A stretch of 64,000 nt of DNA from Bifidobacterium breve (lineage in GTDB: Bacteria; Actinomycetota; Acidimicrobiia; IMCC26256; JAENVU01), in NCBI GenBank assembly GCA_945865605.1, contig CAMBEL010000002.1, positions 24,473 through 88,472 on the forward strand. The letters run 5' to 3'. A program made the translations under genes and the position numbers. Positions 16,729-26,705 of the stretch are shown here, piece by piece. The number at the start of each line of letters is the position of its first letter. Position 1 is the first letter of the stretch. The notes under the pieces were generated by a model. That model was not told where the DNA came from. It did no database searches and worked only from the letters and a program-made list of their open reading frames with translations.

Positions 16729-18213
16729 ATGGCAACGCTGGAGGAACTTGCACGTCAGCACACAGACGTGAGCGAAGATGCACTGGCACACCTCGAGAGA
16801 CTCGCGCTTTCGTGGCGCCTGTTGGCAGACCTTTCGATTTCCGACCTCTTACTATTCGGTCCAATCGCCAATGAAGACGGCGGCAGGTTCGTGGTCCTCG
16901 CGCAGGTTCGGCCAACGACCGGACAAACCATCTACGCGACGGACTTGGTTGGGCAGGTCGTTACCGAAGTAGAGCGTCCGTTAGTTAAGCGTGCATGGAA
17001 ACGAAGCGAAATCTGTGATGGTGAAACCGGCGCCCTGGGAAGTCGGGAACGGGTTCGACTGCAAGTGATTCCAGTGAAGCACCGCGGGCGCGTAGTCGCC
17101 GTGGTCACGCGAGAGACGCCGACCACATCGTCGCGTCGGCCAGGGGAGTTGGAGCGTTACTACCTCGAGTGCTTCGATCACCTTGCGCACATGGTGTTAG
17201 AGGGATCTTTCCCATTCGCGCGTGAAGAGGTGGAACTAGAAGGGGCCCCTCGCGTCGGAGACGGTGTCGTGGTGCTCGGTATCGATCACCGCGTCAAATA
17301 TGCGAGTCCGAATGCCGTCAGCGCTTTGCACAGAATGGGCATCCACGCGTACATATCTGGAGCACATCTCGCGCAGATCGGTTTTGACGAAGGCGCGGTA
17401 GATGTGGCGGTGCGCGGTCGTATCCCGGTGATTGAGGAGATTGAACGGGAAGACGCTTCGGTGCTCCTTCGGGTGATTCCGCTGCTTGCAGATCGAAATC
17501 CCGTCGGTTGCTTGGTATTGATGCGAGACGTAACTGACTTGCGGCGGCGTGATCGGATGTTGATGTCCAAAGACGCGACCATTCGGGAAGTGCACCATCG
17601 CGTCAAGAACAACCTCCAGACGATCGCTTCGCTTTTGCGGTTGCAGGGGAGACGTCTCGATTCTCCTGCGGCGCGTCAGGCGATTGAGGAGTCGGAGCGA
17701 CGCATCCGGTCGATTGCAATAGTGCACGAGACGCTTTCGCGTGAAGCGAGCGAAGATGTTGAATTCAACGCTGTCATCAAGCCGCTCGTCCGGATTGTCG
17801 AGGAAACGGTCTCGGTAGGCGAGGGAGGCCTTAGATTCGAGGTCACTGGCGATGCAGGGGAAGTTCCAGGAGAATTGGCAACGCCACTCGCCGTGGTACT
17901 CAATGAACTGATGCAGAACGCCGTTGATCACGCCTTCCCTGGCGATGACCCTGCCAACGGTACTGTCCGCGTAGAGCTAAGCCGTCGGTCTGGTGAGTTA
18001 ACGCTTGCGGTCGTGGACGACGGCGTAGGCCTACCTGATGGCTTTGTTTTGGATCAGCAGAAAGGGCTTGGTCTGACGATTGTCCAAGCGCTCGTCACCG
18101 GCGAACTCGGCGGCCAGATTGAGATGACTAACACCGACCATGGCGCTCGCGTATTGGTGACTGTGCCGCTAGCTGAAGCAGCCGCGACCCAAGTAGTTGA
18201 ACCGCCAAGTTGA
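16729..18213 (+). CDS. pdtaS: PdtaS-type sensor histidine kinase (GAF/PAS-like sensor + HisKA_2 + HATPase)
   Basis: H-box EVHHRVKNNLQTIASLLRLQ. ATPase blocks NELMQNAVDHAF, DDGVGLP, GLGLTIVQALV. No TM segments. It lies next to whiB, as pdtaS/whiB1 do in mycobacteria. Confidence 0.8.
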   Translation: MATLEELARQHTDVSEDALAHLERLALSWRLLADLSISDLLLFGPIANEDGGRFVVLAQVRPTTGQTIYATDLVGQVVTEVERPLVKRAWKRSEICDGETGALGSRERVRLQVIPVKHRGRVVAVVTRETPTTSSRRPGELERYYLECFDHLAHMVLEGSFPFAREEVELEGAPRVGDGVVVLGIDHRVKYASPNAVSALHRMGIHAYISGAHLAQIGFDEGAVDVAVRGRIPVIEEIEREDASVLLRVIPLLADRNPVGCLVLMRDVTDLRRRDRMLMSKDATIREVHHRVKNNLQTIASLLRLQGRRLDSPAARQAIEESERRIRSIAIVHETLSREASEDVEFNAVIKPLVRIVEETVSVGEGGLRFEVTGDAGEVPGELATPLAVVLNELMQNAVDHAFPGDDPANGTVRVELSRRSGELTLAVVDDGVGLPDGFVLDQQKGLGLTIVQALVTGELGGQIEMTNTDHGARVLVTVPLAEAAATQVVEPPS

Positions 18214-18243
18214 TTCGGTGTTTACGGAAGATCGAGCGTCTTA

Positions 18244-18531
18244 TTACGAAGCGCGCTTGCTGGCAAGCCAACCTTTGCGGAGCTTGCGGCGCTCTTCCTC
18301 GGTCTTGCCTCCCCAGACTCCAGCCTCCTGGTTGGTCGCGAGCGCGAACTCGAGACATTCAAAGTCGACTGTGCAGATATCGCAGATCTCTTTTGCCGCA
18401 TCGATTTGATCTACCGCGAGTCCAGTGGCACCTATCGGGAAAAACAGGTCAGCGTTCGAATCACGACATAATGAATCGGCTCGCCAATCGTCAGTATCCC
18501 AATCGTGCGTCCGTATCCAGGTGAGCGCCAC
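18244..18531 (-). CDS. whiB: WhiB-family Fe-S transcription factor
   Basis: WRADSLCRDSNADLFFP ... EICDICTVDFECLEFAL ... GVWGGKTEEERRKLRK: four Cys plus the GVWGG turn. The start is uncertain. I used the in-frame GTG at 18531 (VALTWIRTHDWDTDDW...). The raw ORF extends to 18660. Confidence 0.85.
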   Translation of the reverse strand: MALTWIRTHDWDTDDWRADSLCRDSNADLFFPIGATGLAVDQIDAAKEICDICTVDFECLEFALATNQEAGVWGGKTEEERRKLRKGWLASKRAS

Positions 18532-18665
18532 TCTGTGCCTTTCGATAGTACGTAGGTGCGATTCTCGGCCTAACTCGTGCACACGTTCACAAGGGTCCCT
18601 GGGAGATAATCCCCTCAAGGCGTGACGCACACGATACGGCTTGTACCAAGCATTCCGCAAGGGGT

Positions 18666-19448
18666 TTGACCTGCGGTTATTCGATGTTGTATCAGGAACC
18701 TACGCTGTTCCCCGTGGCACCCGTGGAGACTGAACCTAACCGTACCCGTCCTTTGGTTATTGGGCATCGGGGTGCCTCGTTAGTGGCGTACGAGAACACG
18801 ATCGCCGCTTTTATCGCTGCCCGCGATCAGGGTGCCGACGGCGTTGAATTGGATGTGCACGCGACAGCAGATGGGAACCTAGTTGTTCATCATGATGCCG
18901 CGGCCGAAGGTGTCGGCATCCTCGCCGAGCGAACCGTTGCTGAAATCACCGACGCGTTGCCGTTTGTACCGACCCTCGACGCGGTACTCGATGTCTGTAC
19001 CGGACTTCTCGTGAACATTGAGATCAAGAACTCGCCTAACGACTCTGACTTTGATCGAGATGAAGGCGTCGCGTCTGCCGTTGTCGAGTTGTTGCAAAGT
19101 CGAAACATGCTCGATCGAGTGCTGGTTTCTTCGTTCCACCTCCCTTCTATCGATCGCGTACGTGAACTCGACGCGGGAATCGACACCGGGTACCTATTCG
19201 TGCTCGATCCGACCGTGCTTGTCGCTGCTGGCATTGCAGCTGAGCGTGGACACTCGGCGATACATCCGTTTTTTGGTGTATTAGCAGGCGAATCTGCGGC
19301 GGAGTTAATAGATGCAGCTCACGCCCAAGGATTACAAGTGAATGTGTGGACCGTGAACGACGAAGCCGAGATGATCCGGTTAGCTAACGCAGGTGTCGAT
19401 GCAATCATGACGGACAGCCCCGAACTAGCGCATCGCGTTCTCGGCTGA
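18666..19448 (+). CDS. Glycerophosphodiester phosphodiesterase
   Basis: GDPD motifs VIGHRGASLVAYENT, GADGVELDVH and WTVN. TTG start; the ATG at 18684 is an alternative. Confidence 0.85.
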   Translation: MTCGYSMLYQEPTLFPVAPVETEPNRTRPLVIGHRGASLVAYENTIAAFIAARDQGADGVELDVHATADGNLVVHHDAAAEGVGILAERTVAEITDALPFVPTLDAVLDVCTGLLVNIEIKNSPNDSDFDRDEGVASAVVELLQSRNMLDRVLVSSFHLPSIDRVRELDAGIDTGYLFVLDPTVLVAAGIAAERGHSAIHPFFGVLAGESAAELIDAAHAQGLQVNVWTVNDEAEMIRLANAGVDAIMTDSPELAHRVLG

Positions 19449-19458
19449 ATGTGCTTAT

Positions 19459-20394
19459 TCACGGCACGACGATATTGAGTGCATCGGGGACGAACGCGAC
19501 GGCTAACTGATTGACTTCTCCCAGGTAGTCGCCATCCATTTGATACGGGAACGGGGTGTTCCCAGCGATTGTCGCGCCAGTTATGTTTGCGCGGTGTTCG
19601 ACGTCGCGTCGACCGTGCAAACGCTTGGGAGATAGGAGAGCCGTCGCGGCGATACTCATCATCGCTGGAGCGTGCCGGGCCTTTACGACAGTTATTGAGA
19701 GCGATGAATCGAGATTTGTTTCAGGTGCAACGACGATTGGTGTGCCACCTAGGTAGGTGTACGGGCTCGTCTTCGAGAGGATTGCAAGCGTGCCGCCATC
19801 GATCACCTCACCGTCGTCGAGGGTAACGGTGAATCTGCCGCGCGAATGATCGTAGGTTCGCAACCAGGTGTCGAACGCTGCGCCGACAAAAATCGGGTGG
19901 GCCGCATATCGCTTGAACGCGGCTTTGCGTTCAACCTGCTCGACGACTGACGCATCGAAGCCGACACCAGTATGGAAGAGGAAGTGTCTGCTGTTCACAC
20001 GACCGAGGCCGACGCGTCGAAAGGTCCTGCGATCCAGCGACCCGAGCAATTGGGCCGTCGCATCCACTGGGTCGCGGGATACTCCAATTGTTCGGGCGTA
20101 AACATTGGTGGACCCACCAGGCAGGGGAGCCAATGCAGTATCGGTGCCTACGAGTCCATCGGCGGCTTCGTTCAGTGTTCCGTCTCCAGCGAGAACGACG
20201 ACCACGTCTACGCCGTCATTGGCGGCACCGCGTGCGATGCGGGCGGCATGGCCCCTGCGCCCTGTCTCAAATACCTCAAGGTGATGCCCGGCACTCAATG
20301 CCTTCTCGATTACAACCTTGCGCCTTGCCGTGAAACTTGACGCGGTGGCATTGACTATGAGAACGAGGCGCACCGCGAGCAAGATAGTGGGCAT
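19459..20394 (-). CDS. Diacylglycerol/lipid kinase family protein (YegS/DagK type)
   Basis: LIVNATASS..., VVVLAGDGTLNEA (the GGDGT-type motif) and a DAGK catalytic plus accessory domain layout. Confidence 0.8.
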   Translation of the reverse strand: MPTILLAVRLVLIVNATASSFTARRKVVIEKALSAGHHLEVFETGRRGHAARIARGAANDGVDVVVVLAGDGTLNEAADGLVGTDTALAPLPGGSTNVYARTIGVSRDPVDATAQLLGSLDRRTFRRVGLGRVNSRHFLFHTGVGFDASVVEQVERKAAFKRYAAHPIFVGAAFDTWLRTYDHSRGRFTVTLDDGEVIDGGTLAILSKTSPYTYLGGTPIVVAPETNLDSSLSITVVKARHAPAMMSIAATALLSPKRLHGRRDVEHRANITGATIAGNTPFPYQMDGDYLGEVNQLAVAFVPDALNIVVP

Positions 20395-21097
20395 GCCCGA
20401 AGACTCTTTGGCACAACTCCATATTGAAATTGGCGAATGCCGCCGTTGCGACCGCCTTGTGGCTTGGCGGGAAGTGATTGCTACTGAGCGCAGGGCGGCA
20501 TTTCGGGACGATCAGTACTGGGGGAGGCCCGTGACGGGTTTCGGTGACCCCCAAGCCTCCGTTCTGATCACTGGTCTCGCACCCGGCGCTCATGGCGCCA
20601 ACCGGACAGGGCGGGCGTTCACGGGAGACAGGTCTGGCGATTGGTTATTCGCAGCGTTGAAGCGCACTGGGTACGCCAATCAGGCAGAGTCGGTAAGCCT
20701 CGGCGATGGCCTCATGTTGAGCGGTGCGTACATCTCGATAGCGGTGCGGTGTGCACCACCGGCCAATAGGCCGACACGCGATGAGCGCGACCGATGTCTG
20801 CCATTTCTTGGCCGTGAATTAGCGCTCCTGCCTAACGTCAAGGTGATTGTCGCCCTAGGGGCATTCGCCTTCGAGGCCATCTGGCAGGCATTGCGCGACT
20901 CCGGAATCGCGCTTCCGAACAAGAGACCGGTATTCGGCCATGGTGTCGCGATTCAAACTCCCCGAGCCGTAATCCTGTGTAGCTATCACCCGAGCCAGCA
21001 AAATACGTTTACAAAAAAACTCACCGAGCCAATGCTTGACAATGTATTTGTAAGTGCGCGGGAACTCGCGAAAACGACCGACAGTGTTATCGAATGA
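20393..21097 (+). CDS. Uracil-DNA glycosylase, family 5 (UdgB)-like, Fe-S type
   Basis: CRRCDRL Cys cluster. Motif A ITGLAPGAHGANRTGRAFTGDRSGDWLF and SYHPSQQN. Start set at the internal ATG (MPEDSL), which shares the GCATGC with the divergent kinase start. Confidence 0.8.
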   Translation: MPEDSLAQLHIEIGECRRCDRLVAWREVIATERRAAFRDDQYWGRPVTGFGDPQASVLITGLAPGAHGANRTGRAFTGDRSGDWLFAALKRTGYANQAESVSLGDGLMLSGAYISIAVRCAPPANRPTRDERDRCLPFLGRELALLPNVKVIVALGAFAFEAIWQALRDSGIALPNKRPVFGHGVAIQTPRAVILCSYHPSQQNTFTKKLTEPMLDNVFVSARELAKTTDSVIE

Positions 21098-21920
21098 GAA
21101 CGATGATTTCGCCGACGCCGTACATCAATGCGATTAGCCCAAGTCCAGAGGCGACTATTAGTCGCAGGCGGTGCTCATGCGCTCGGATAGCTAGGTGTGC
21201 TCCAACTCGAGCGCCAGGAATTACCGCGATGCATAAGGGCAACGCGTAGAACCAGTTGATGTTCCCCAAAATTTGATGTGTGATCATTCCCGGAATCGCG
21301 AGTATCCCGACGCAGGCGAGGGAGGTGCCGATCGCCGCTTTGATGTCGAGCTTCACCCAGCCGGTGAACGCGGGCACCATTACGAGCCCCCCTCCGATTC
21401 CCAGCAAGCCGCTTAAGAGTCCTGCACCACATCCGATCATGACGAACTTCCACGGCTCGTCATGAGGTTTGCCTGCCGCAGGCGCGATGTCTATGAGGTC
21501 TGGGTCCTTTGAGGGCGCGACTTCTTCGGCATCTGCGGGGTCGGGACGGTCTGGTGACTGGGTCATCCGGAACGCAGTGAAGCCAACTAGGCCAGCGGTG
21601 ATGACCATAAGAAAATGCCCATCGCCAGGCACGGCTTGCGATGAGAGCGCTCCAACGACAGCGAAGATCGCTCCCGATAACCCGGTCCATCTAACGATGC
21701 CCCAATTTACGAAGCCCTCGCGGTGGTAGCGAAGGGCGCCGCTGATCGAGGAAGGAACAATCGAAGGAAGTGTGCTCGCCAGGGCTTCCATCGGAGACGC
21801 GCCGAGGGCGCGGATGGCGGGCGTCGAAATGACAGCCCCTCCTACCCCAAACATTCCAGAGAGGATCCCGGTGAAGAAGCCGGTGACCAACACGAGGCAG
21901 AGGGTTATGGCATCCGGCAT
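21087..21920 (-). CDS. TauE/SafE-family sulfite/anion exporter
   Basis: 277 aa polytopic protein with an internal duplication. Gly-rich helices GMFGVGGAVISTP and GLLGIGGGLVMVP. Confidence 0.8.
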   Translation of the reverse strand: MPDAITLCLVLVTGFFTGILSGMFGVGGAVISTPAIRALGASPMEALASTLPSIVPSSISGALRYHREGFVNWGIVRWTGLSGAIFAVVGALSSQAVPGDGHFLMVITAGLVGFTAFRMTQSPDRPDPADAEEVAPSKDPDLIDIAPAAGKPHDEPWKFVMIGCGAGLLSGLLGIGGGLVMVPAFTGWVKLDIKAAIGTSLACVGILAIPGMITHQILGNINWFYALPLCIAVIPGARVGAHLAIRAHEHRLRLIVASGLGLIALMYGVGEIIVLIR

Positions 21921-21960
21921 CGGGGCGACACTACCGAAGGCATGCCGGTACGCTGTGGGA

Positions 21961-22857
21961 ATGGTGACCGATCTTCAGCTCAGGGGCGTTTATGTGCCCC
22001 TCATCACCCCATTCGCCGCAGATGGCTCCGTGGCTCTCGACGGGGTCGGGCGCCTTTGCCACGAGTATCTGGAGGCTGGCGCCGCAGGCATTGTGCCGTT
22101 GGGAACAACGGGCGAAGCCAGTTCTCTTACGGCGGGTGAGAAGAACGCTGTAATCGAGGCATGTTCGACGGTTTGCAACGAACGCGATGCGCAGATGATC
22201 GTCGGAGCGGGGACCAATAACACGGCGTCTACTGTTGCTGCGGTTGAAGCCTTAGAGGGAAATCCGGCAATCACGGCGGCTCTAATCGTCGTTCCTTATT
22301 ATGTGCGGCCGTCGGAGGCAGGAATCGTCGCGCACTTCCACGCGGTGGCCGATGCATCGCCTGTTCCCGTTGTCCTCTACAACATCGCCGCGCGCACGGG
22401 CCGCCACTTGAGCGCGCGAGGTGTCATCCAAGCAGCAACTCATCCGAACATCGTCGGAATCAAGCAAGCCGCCGCAGGCCTTGATCTCGACACCATTCAG
22501 TTACTCGCTGACTCCCCGCGCGATTTTGCAGTACTCGGCGGCGAGGACCCTTTGCTGTTCCCCATGGTGCTCATGGGCGCTGCCGGAGCAATCTGCGCAT
22601 CTGCGCATCTGTGTACCGAACGGTTTGTCGCGATGATCGAGTGTGGCTTGGCGGGCAAGGTCGATGACGGTCGAGCGCACGCCGAAGCATTGTTGCCGCT
22701 TGTTGTTGCTTGTTTCGCTGAGCCAAACCCAGCGGTATTCAAGGCAGTGTTGCATGCGCAGGGTCGTATTCCGACTCCCGATGTTCGCTTACCGCTCATG
22801 GCAGCAAGCGATGCAGCTCTCGATGCAGCTCTCGATGCCGTGCGCCTTGCGTCCTGA
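21961..22857 (+). CDS. dapA: 4-hydroxy-tetrahydrodipicolinate synthase family (DapA-like)
   Basis: GVYVPLITPF, GIVPLGTTGE, VPYYVRPS, and VGIKQA carrying the Schiff-base Lys. Start set at the ATG at 21961. The upstream part of the raw ORF overlaps the tauE gene. Confidence 0.85.
   Translation: MVTDLQLRGVYVPLITPFAADGSVALDGVGRLCHEYLEAGAAGIVPLGTTGEASSLTAGEKNAVIEACSTVCNERDAQMIVGAGTNNTASTVAAVEALEGNPAITAALIVVPYYVRPSEAGIVAHFHAVADASPVPVVLYNIAARTGRHLSARGVIQAATHPNIVGIKQAAAGLDLDTIQLLADSPRDFAVLGGEDPLLFPMVLMGAAGAICASAHLCTERFVAMIECGLAGKVDDGRAHAEALLPLVVACFAEPNPAVFKAVLHAQGRIPTPDVRLPLMAASDAALDAALDAVRLAS
22810..22839 (+). repeat. In-frame 12-bp tandem duplication (GATGCAGCTCTC x2 plus partial) at the dapA 3' end
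   Basis: Copies at 22810-22821 and 22822-22833 are identical, followed by GATGCC. They encode DAALDAALDA. Confidence 0.9.
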
Positions 22858-22887
22858 TCTTCCGCAAACGCGCCGCGTAGGCCCCCG

Positions 22888-24426
22888 ATGAGTCGGTCAC
22901 AGATGGTGCAGGAGAAGGCGTACGAACGGCGGTGGGCGGTGTTGGGAGTGCTGTGTTTCAGCCTCCTTGTGATCGTCTTGGACAACACGATCCTCAATGT
23001 GGCCATCCCGACTATTTCGAATGACTTAAACCCGACGGCCGCCCAACTCCAATGGATGGTTGACTCATACACGCTTGTATTCGCAGGACTTTTGCTAACT
23101 ACCGGCAGTCTTGGCGACCGGTTCGGACGGCGTGGAGCTCTTCAGATTGGTCTCGTTCTATTCGGAATTGGTTCCGTGCTGTCTGCGTTATCAAGCACGC
23201 CAAACGAACTCATTGCTGCACGCGCGTTTATGGGGATCGGCGGTGCGTTCATCATGCCAGCGACGTTGTCGATTATCACGAACCTCTTCCCCGATGAGGA
23301 ACGAGCACGCGCAATTGGGGTCTGGGCTGCGACCGCTGGAGTTGCGGTAGCTCTTGGTCCTATCGTTGGCGGCGCGTTGGTAGAAGATTTCTATTGGGGC
23401 TCAATCTTCTTGGTAAATATCCCGATTGTCGTCCTGGGCCTTATCGCGGGCTTGTTTTTGATCCCGACATCGAAGGATCCTTCAGCCCCGAAACTTGACG
23501 TGCCAGGTGCGTTGCTGTCGATCACCTCCCTTACAGCGATTCTGTTTGCAATCATCGAAGGCCCCCCTAGAGGATGGACGGACCCCGTAGTCGTTGCATC
23601 CTTTGTTGGTGGGGTGATGCTCTTAGGTGCGTTTATCTGGTGGGAACTAAAGACCGAAACGCCGATGCTCAACATGCAGTTCTTCCGCAATCGTCGTTTC
23701 ACCGCCTCTACATTCGCAGTAGCGATGTCGTTCTTTGTTTTGTTCGGTTCAACATTTCTACTCACGCAATACATGCAGTTTGTGCTCGGATACAGCCCGT
23801 TACAAGCGGGTACGCGGTTGTTGCCTTTCGCGGCGGTGATTCTTGTTGTGGCGCCTCTTAGTCCGCGGATTGTCGAACGAATTGGCACGCGAGTCACCGT
23901 CGCATCGGGATTAGCAATTGCGGGCCTAGCAATGTTGTTGATGACTGCCCTAGACGCAACGAGTTCGTACGGGGACATTGTTTGGATGCTCATGCTCATG
24001 GCATTGGGTCAAGGTCTTGTGATGGCCCCTGCGACGGATGCAATTATGGGATCCGTACCGCGCGAGAAAGCCGGTGTTGGGTCAGCGGTTAATGACACGA
24101 CACGCCAAGTGGGTGGCGCGCTTGGGGTGGCGGTTATCGGCAGCGTGATGTCGTCGATCTATTCCCCGAAACTTGTCGATTTCTTCGCAGGTCTCGGTGC
24201 AGCGCTTCCAGAAGAGACCCAAGCCGCAGCAGAAGATTCCATCGGTGGAGCCCTTCAAATTGCGAGTTCTGTACCGGGAGCGATCGGAGACCAACTTGCA
24301 GAGGTGGCGAAGGGCGCCTTTGTATCGGGTCTGCATGCCGGACTGTTAGTCGCAGGTGTGGTGGGATTAGTTGGTGCCGTCGTCACGTATATCGTGCTTC
24401 CGGCATCGCACGACGAGAGCAACTAG
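22888..24426 (+). CDS. MFS transporter, DHA2 (14-TMS drug:H+ antiporter) type
   Basis: 512 aa with about 14 TM helices. MFS motif A GSLGDRFGRRGAL. Confidence 0.85.
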   Translation: MSRSQMVQEKAYERRWAVLGVLCFSLLVIVLDNTILNVAIPTISNDLNPTAAQLQWMVDSYTLVFAGLLLTTGSLGDRFGRRGALQIGLVLFGIGSVLSALSSTPNELIAARAFMGIGGAFIMPATLSIITNLFPDEERARAIGVWAATAGVAVALGPIVGGALVEDFYWGSIFLVNIPIVVLGLIAGLFLIPTSKDPSAPKLDVPGALLSITSLTAILFAIIEGPPRGWTDPVVVASFVGGVMLLGAFIWWELKTETPMLNMQFFRNRRFTASTFAVAMSFFVLFGSTFLLTQYMQFVLGYSPLQAGTRLLPFAAVILVVAPLSPRIVERIGTRVTVASGLAIAGLAMLLMTALDATSSYGDIVWMLMLMALGQGLVMAPATDAIMGSVPREKAGVGSAVNDTTRQVGGALGVAVIGSVMSSIYSPKLVDFFAGLGAALPEETQAAAEDSIGGALQIASSVPGAIGDQLAEVAKGAFVSGLHAGLLVAGVVGLVGAVVTYIVLPASHDESN

Positions 24427-24439
24427 CGGCCTAAGTCGT

Positions 24440-25846
24440 TCAGGCGCGAAGAAGTTCGGCTACCCGAAAGGCGAGATCTAACGATTGCCGTGCATTGAGG
24501 CGTGGGTCACACATTGTCTCGTATCGGTTCTCGAGGTGATCTCCGAGTACTTCTTCGGTGCCACCCAAGCACTCCGTTACATTTTCGCCAGTGAGTTCGA
24601 TGTGCATCCCGCCAGGGCGCACGCCTGAGTTGGCGCACGCGACAAAGAATTCGCGCAACTCGGCCATCACGTCGTCGAAGTTGCGCGTTTTGTATCCGCT
24701 CGAATGAGCGAATGTGTTCCCGTGCATTGGGTCGCATACCCATAAGACCGGATGACCCGACTGGCCAACCTTTTCAAGCAACGGTGGGAGGCGTTCTGTT
24801 ACGAGATCTACTCCCATCCTTGTTATTAGGGTAAGTCTTCCTGGCGAATGTTGGGGGTCCAACCTGTCGCACAGCGCGATTACGTCGTCGACCTCGCTTG
24901 TAGGACCGAGTTTGATGGCGATCGGATTGTTGACTCCTGCGAGGAATTCGACGTGTGCGCCGTCTAGATGGCGGGTGCGGTCGCCGATCCAGAGCATGTG
25001 AGCTGAACAGTCGTACCAGTCTCCAGTGAGGCTGTCTTGGCGGGTCAATGCTTCTTCGTAACCGAGCAGCAGGGCTTCGTGGGACGTGTAAGCATCGACC
25101 TGATGGAACGCCATTTCATGGTTTAGATCTATCCCGCAGGCGTTCATGAAACGCAACGCTCGGTCGATTTCGTTAGCAAGAGCTTCGTACTGTCGTCCTT
25201 GGGGACTTGCGGTCACGAACTCCTGGTTCCAGGAATGAACGCGACTGAGATCGGCAAACCCACCTTTCGTGAACGCGCGCCAAAGGTTGAGCGTCGAAGA
25301 TGATTGGTGATACCCGCGCAGCAGCCTTTGTGGATTTGGGATACGTGCATCTGGAGTGAATGCAAAGTCATTCACCATGTCGCCGCGAAAACTTGGGAGC
25401 GTCGTCCCATCCCGTGTCTCGGTATCTGATGATCGTGGCTTTGCGAACTGGCCAGCGATGCGGCCGACCTTGATAGTTGGCACTCCCGCTCCGTAGGTGA
25501 GAACCACGGACATCTGCAGAATGATTTTGAGTTTGTCGCGAATCGAATTGGCAGAAAACGCCTCGAATGATTCGGCACAATCGCCAGCGTGGAGCAGAAA
25601 AGCCTTGCCCTCGGAAGCGAGAGCTAGCGATTCGGTCAAGGTGCGCGCCTCTCCTGCGAAGACAAGCGGAGGCAGCGCGGAGATCTCACTCAGGACTGCA
25701 TCGAGTGCTTCTTGGTCCGGCCAAGATGGCTGTTGTACGACAGACCGGGTGCGCCATGACGACGGCGTCCACGATTGTTCGGCGGCTGATTTAGGAGTCA
25801 TGGGTGGGATGGCCTTGTCATCAATCGGTGCGCGCCAACGAGGCAT
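24440..25846 (-). CDS. aroG: 3-deoxy-7-phosphoheptulonate (DAHP) synthase, class II
   Basis: Blocks FLLHAGDCAESF, IAGQFAKPRS, CDPMHGNT and HIELTGENVTECLGG. Start set at MPRWRAPIDDKAIPP, which parallels the N-terminus I recall for mycobacterial class II AroG. Confidence 0.9.
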   Translation of the reverse strand: MPRWRAPIDDKAIPPMTPKSAAEQSWTPSSWRTRSVVQQPSWPDQEALDAVLSEISALPPLVFAGEARTLTESLALASEGKAFLLHAGDCAESFEAFSANSIRDKLKIILQMSVVLTYGAGVPTIKVGRIAGQFAKPRSSDTETRDGTTLPSFRGDMVNDFAFTPDARIPNPQRLLRGYHQSSSTLNLWRAFTKGGFADLSRVHSWNQEFVTASPQGRQYEALANEIDRALRFMNACGIDLNHEMAFHQVDAYTSHEALLLGYEEALTRQDSLTGDWYDCSAHMLWIGDRTRHLDGAHVEFLAGVNNPIAIKLGPTSEVDDVIALCDRLDPQHSPGRLTLITRMGVDLVTERLPPLLEKVGQSGHPVLWVCDPMHGNTFAHSSGYKTRNFDDVMAELREFFVACANSGVRPGGMHIELTGENVTECLGGTEEVLGDHLENRYETMCDPRLNARQSLDLAFRVAELLRA

Positions 25847-25862
25847 CGCTAACAGGGTCAGG

Positions 25863-26675
25863 CTACCCGTCGCTCCCGGTAGCCCACTCACCAATTTCTT
25901 GTCCCGGAGGGCGACGGCCCGACGCGCCCTTGATACGGGGTCCAGGTACTTCGTGGAAGCGGTAGGGCTCCGCGTCGCGGCCTGGCTGGCAGACCCAACA
26001 TTCACCGGTGCGACCCGTTGTGACAATGGATAGCACGGCGTCGGCGATCTGTGACGCTGGCATCAATGGAAACGCGACCTTTTCAAAAAGTGCCTTTGTC
26101 TCGGCAGTCATGATCTTGGTGTTGGTCATACCGGGGTTTACGGTATTGGCAGTGATGCCAAGTGGGACGAGTGTTGGAGCAATGCTGCGGATGAATCCAA
26201 CGACCGCGTGCTTGGTTAGGTCGTAGACAGGATCCAACTGAAAAGGAATCAGTCCCGCCAGAGAACTGGTAGCGACGATCGCCCCTCCGCCACGGCGCTG
26301 CATTGCGCGGATGGCAGCGCGAGCGCCGTAGAAGACCCCGTCTACGTTCACGCGCATGATTTTGGTGTACAACTCGTTACTGAGTTCCGTCACGTCGGCT
26401 ACGCCAATCGCAATGCCAGCGTTCAGGAACGCGATGTCTACTCCTCCGAGTTTGCTTTCGCACTCGGCGAAAACCGCGTCAACTTCGTCAGAGTCGCCCG
26501 TGTCAGAGCGGGAGAAGGTTCCACCAACTGTCGCCGCGGTCTCTTCGCCGCCAACGGTATCGATGTCGACGCAAAACACGCTCGCTCCCTCTTGGGCGAA
26601 ACGCTCCGCGGTTGCACGGCCGATGCCAGAACCGGCTCCGGTGATGAGTGCGACCTTGCCGTCTAGTGCTCCCAT
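25863..26675 (-). CDS. Short-chain dehydrogenase/reductase (SDR)
   Basis: TGAGSGIGRA cofactor motif, NAGI, and a Y-x3-K catalytic region (YDLTKHAV). Confidence 0.85.
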   Translation of the reverse strand: MGALDGKVALITGAGSGIGRATAERFAQEGASVFCVDIDTVGGEETAATVGGTFSRSDTGDSDEVDAVFAECESKLGGVDIAFLNAGIAIGVADVTELSNELYTKIMRVNVDGVFYGARAAIRAMQRRGGGAIVATSSLAGLIPFQLDPVYDLTKHAVVGFIRSIAPTLVPLGITANTVNPGMTNTKIMTAETKALFEKVAFPLMPASQIADAVLSIVTTGRTGECWVCQPGRDAEPYRFHEVPGPRIKGASGRRPPGQEIGEWATGSDG

Positions 26676-26705
26676 GATTTTCCTTTCGGTCGAAGAAGTA
26701 ATGGG

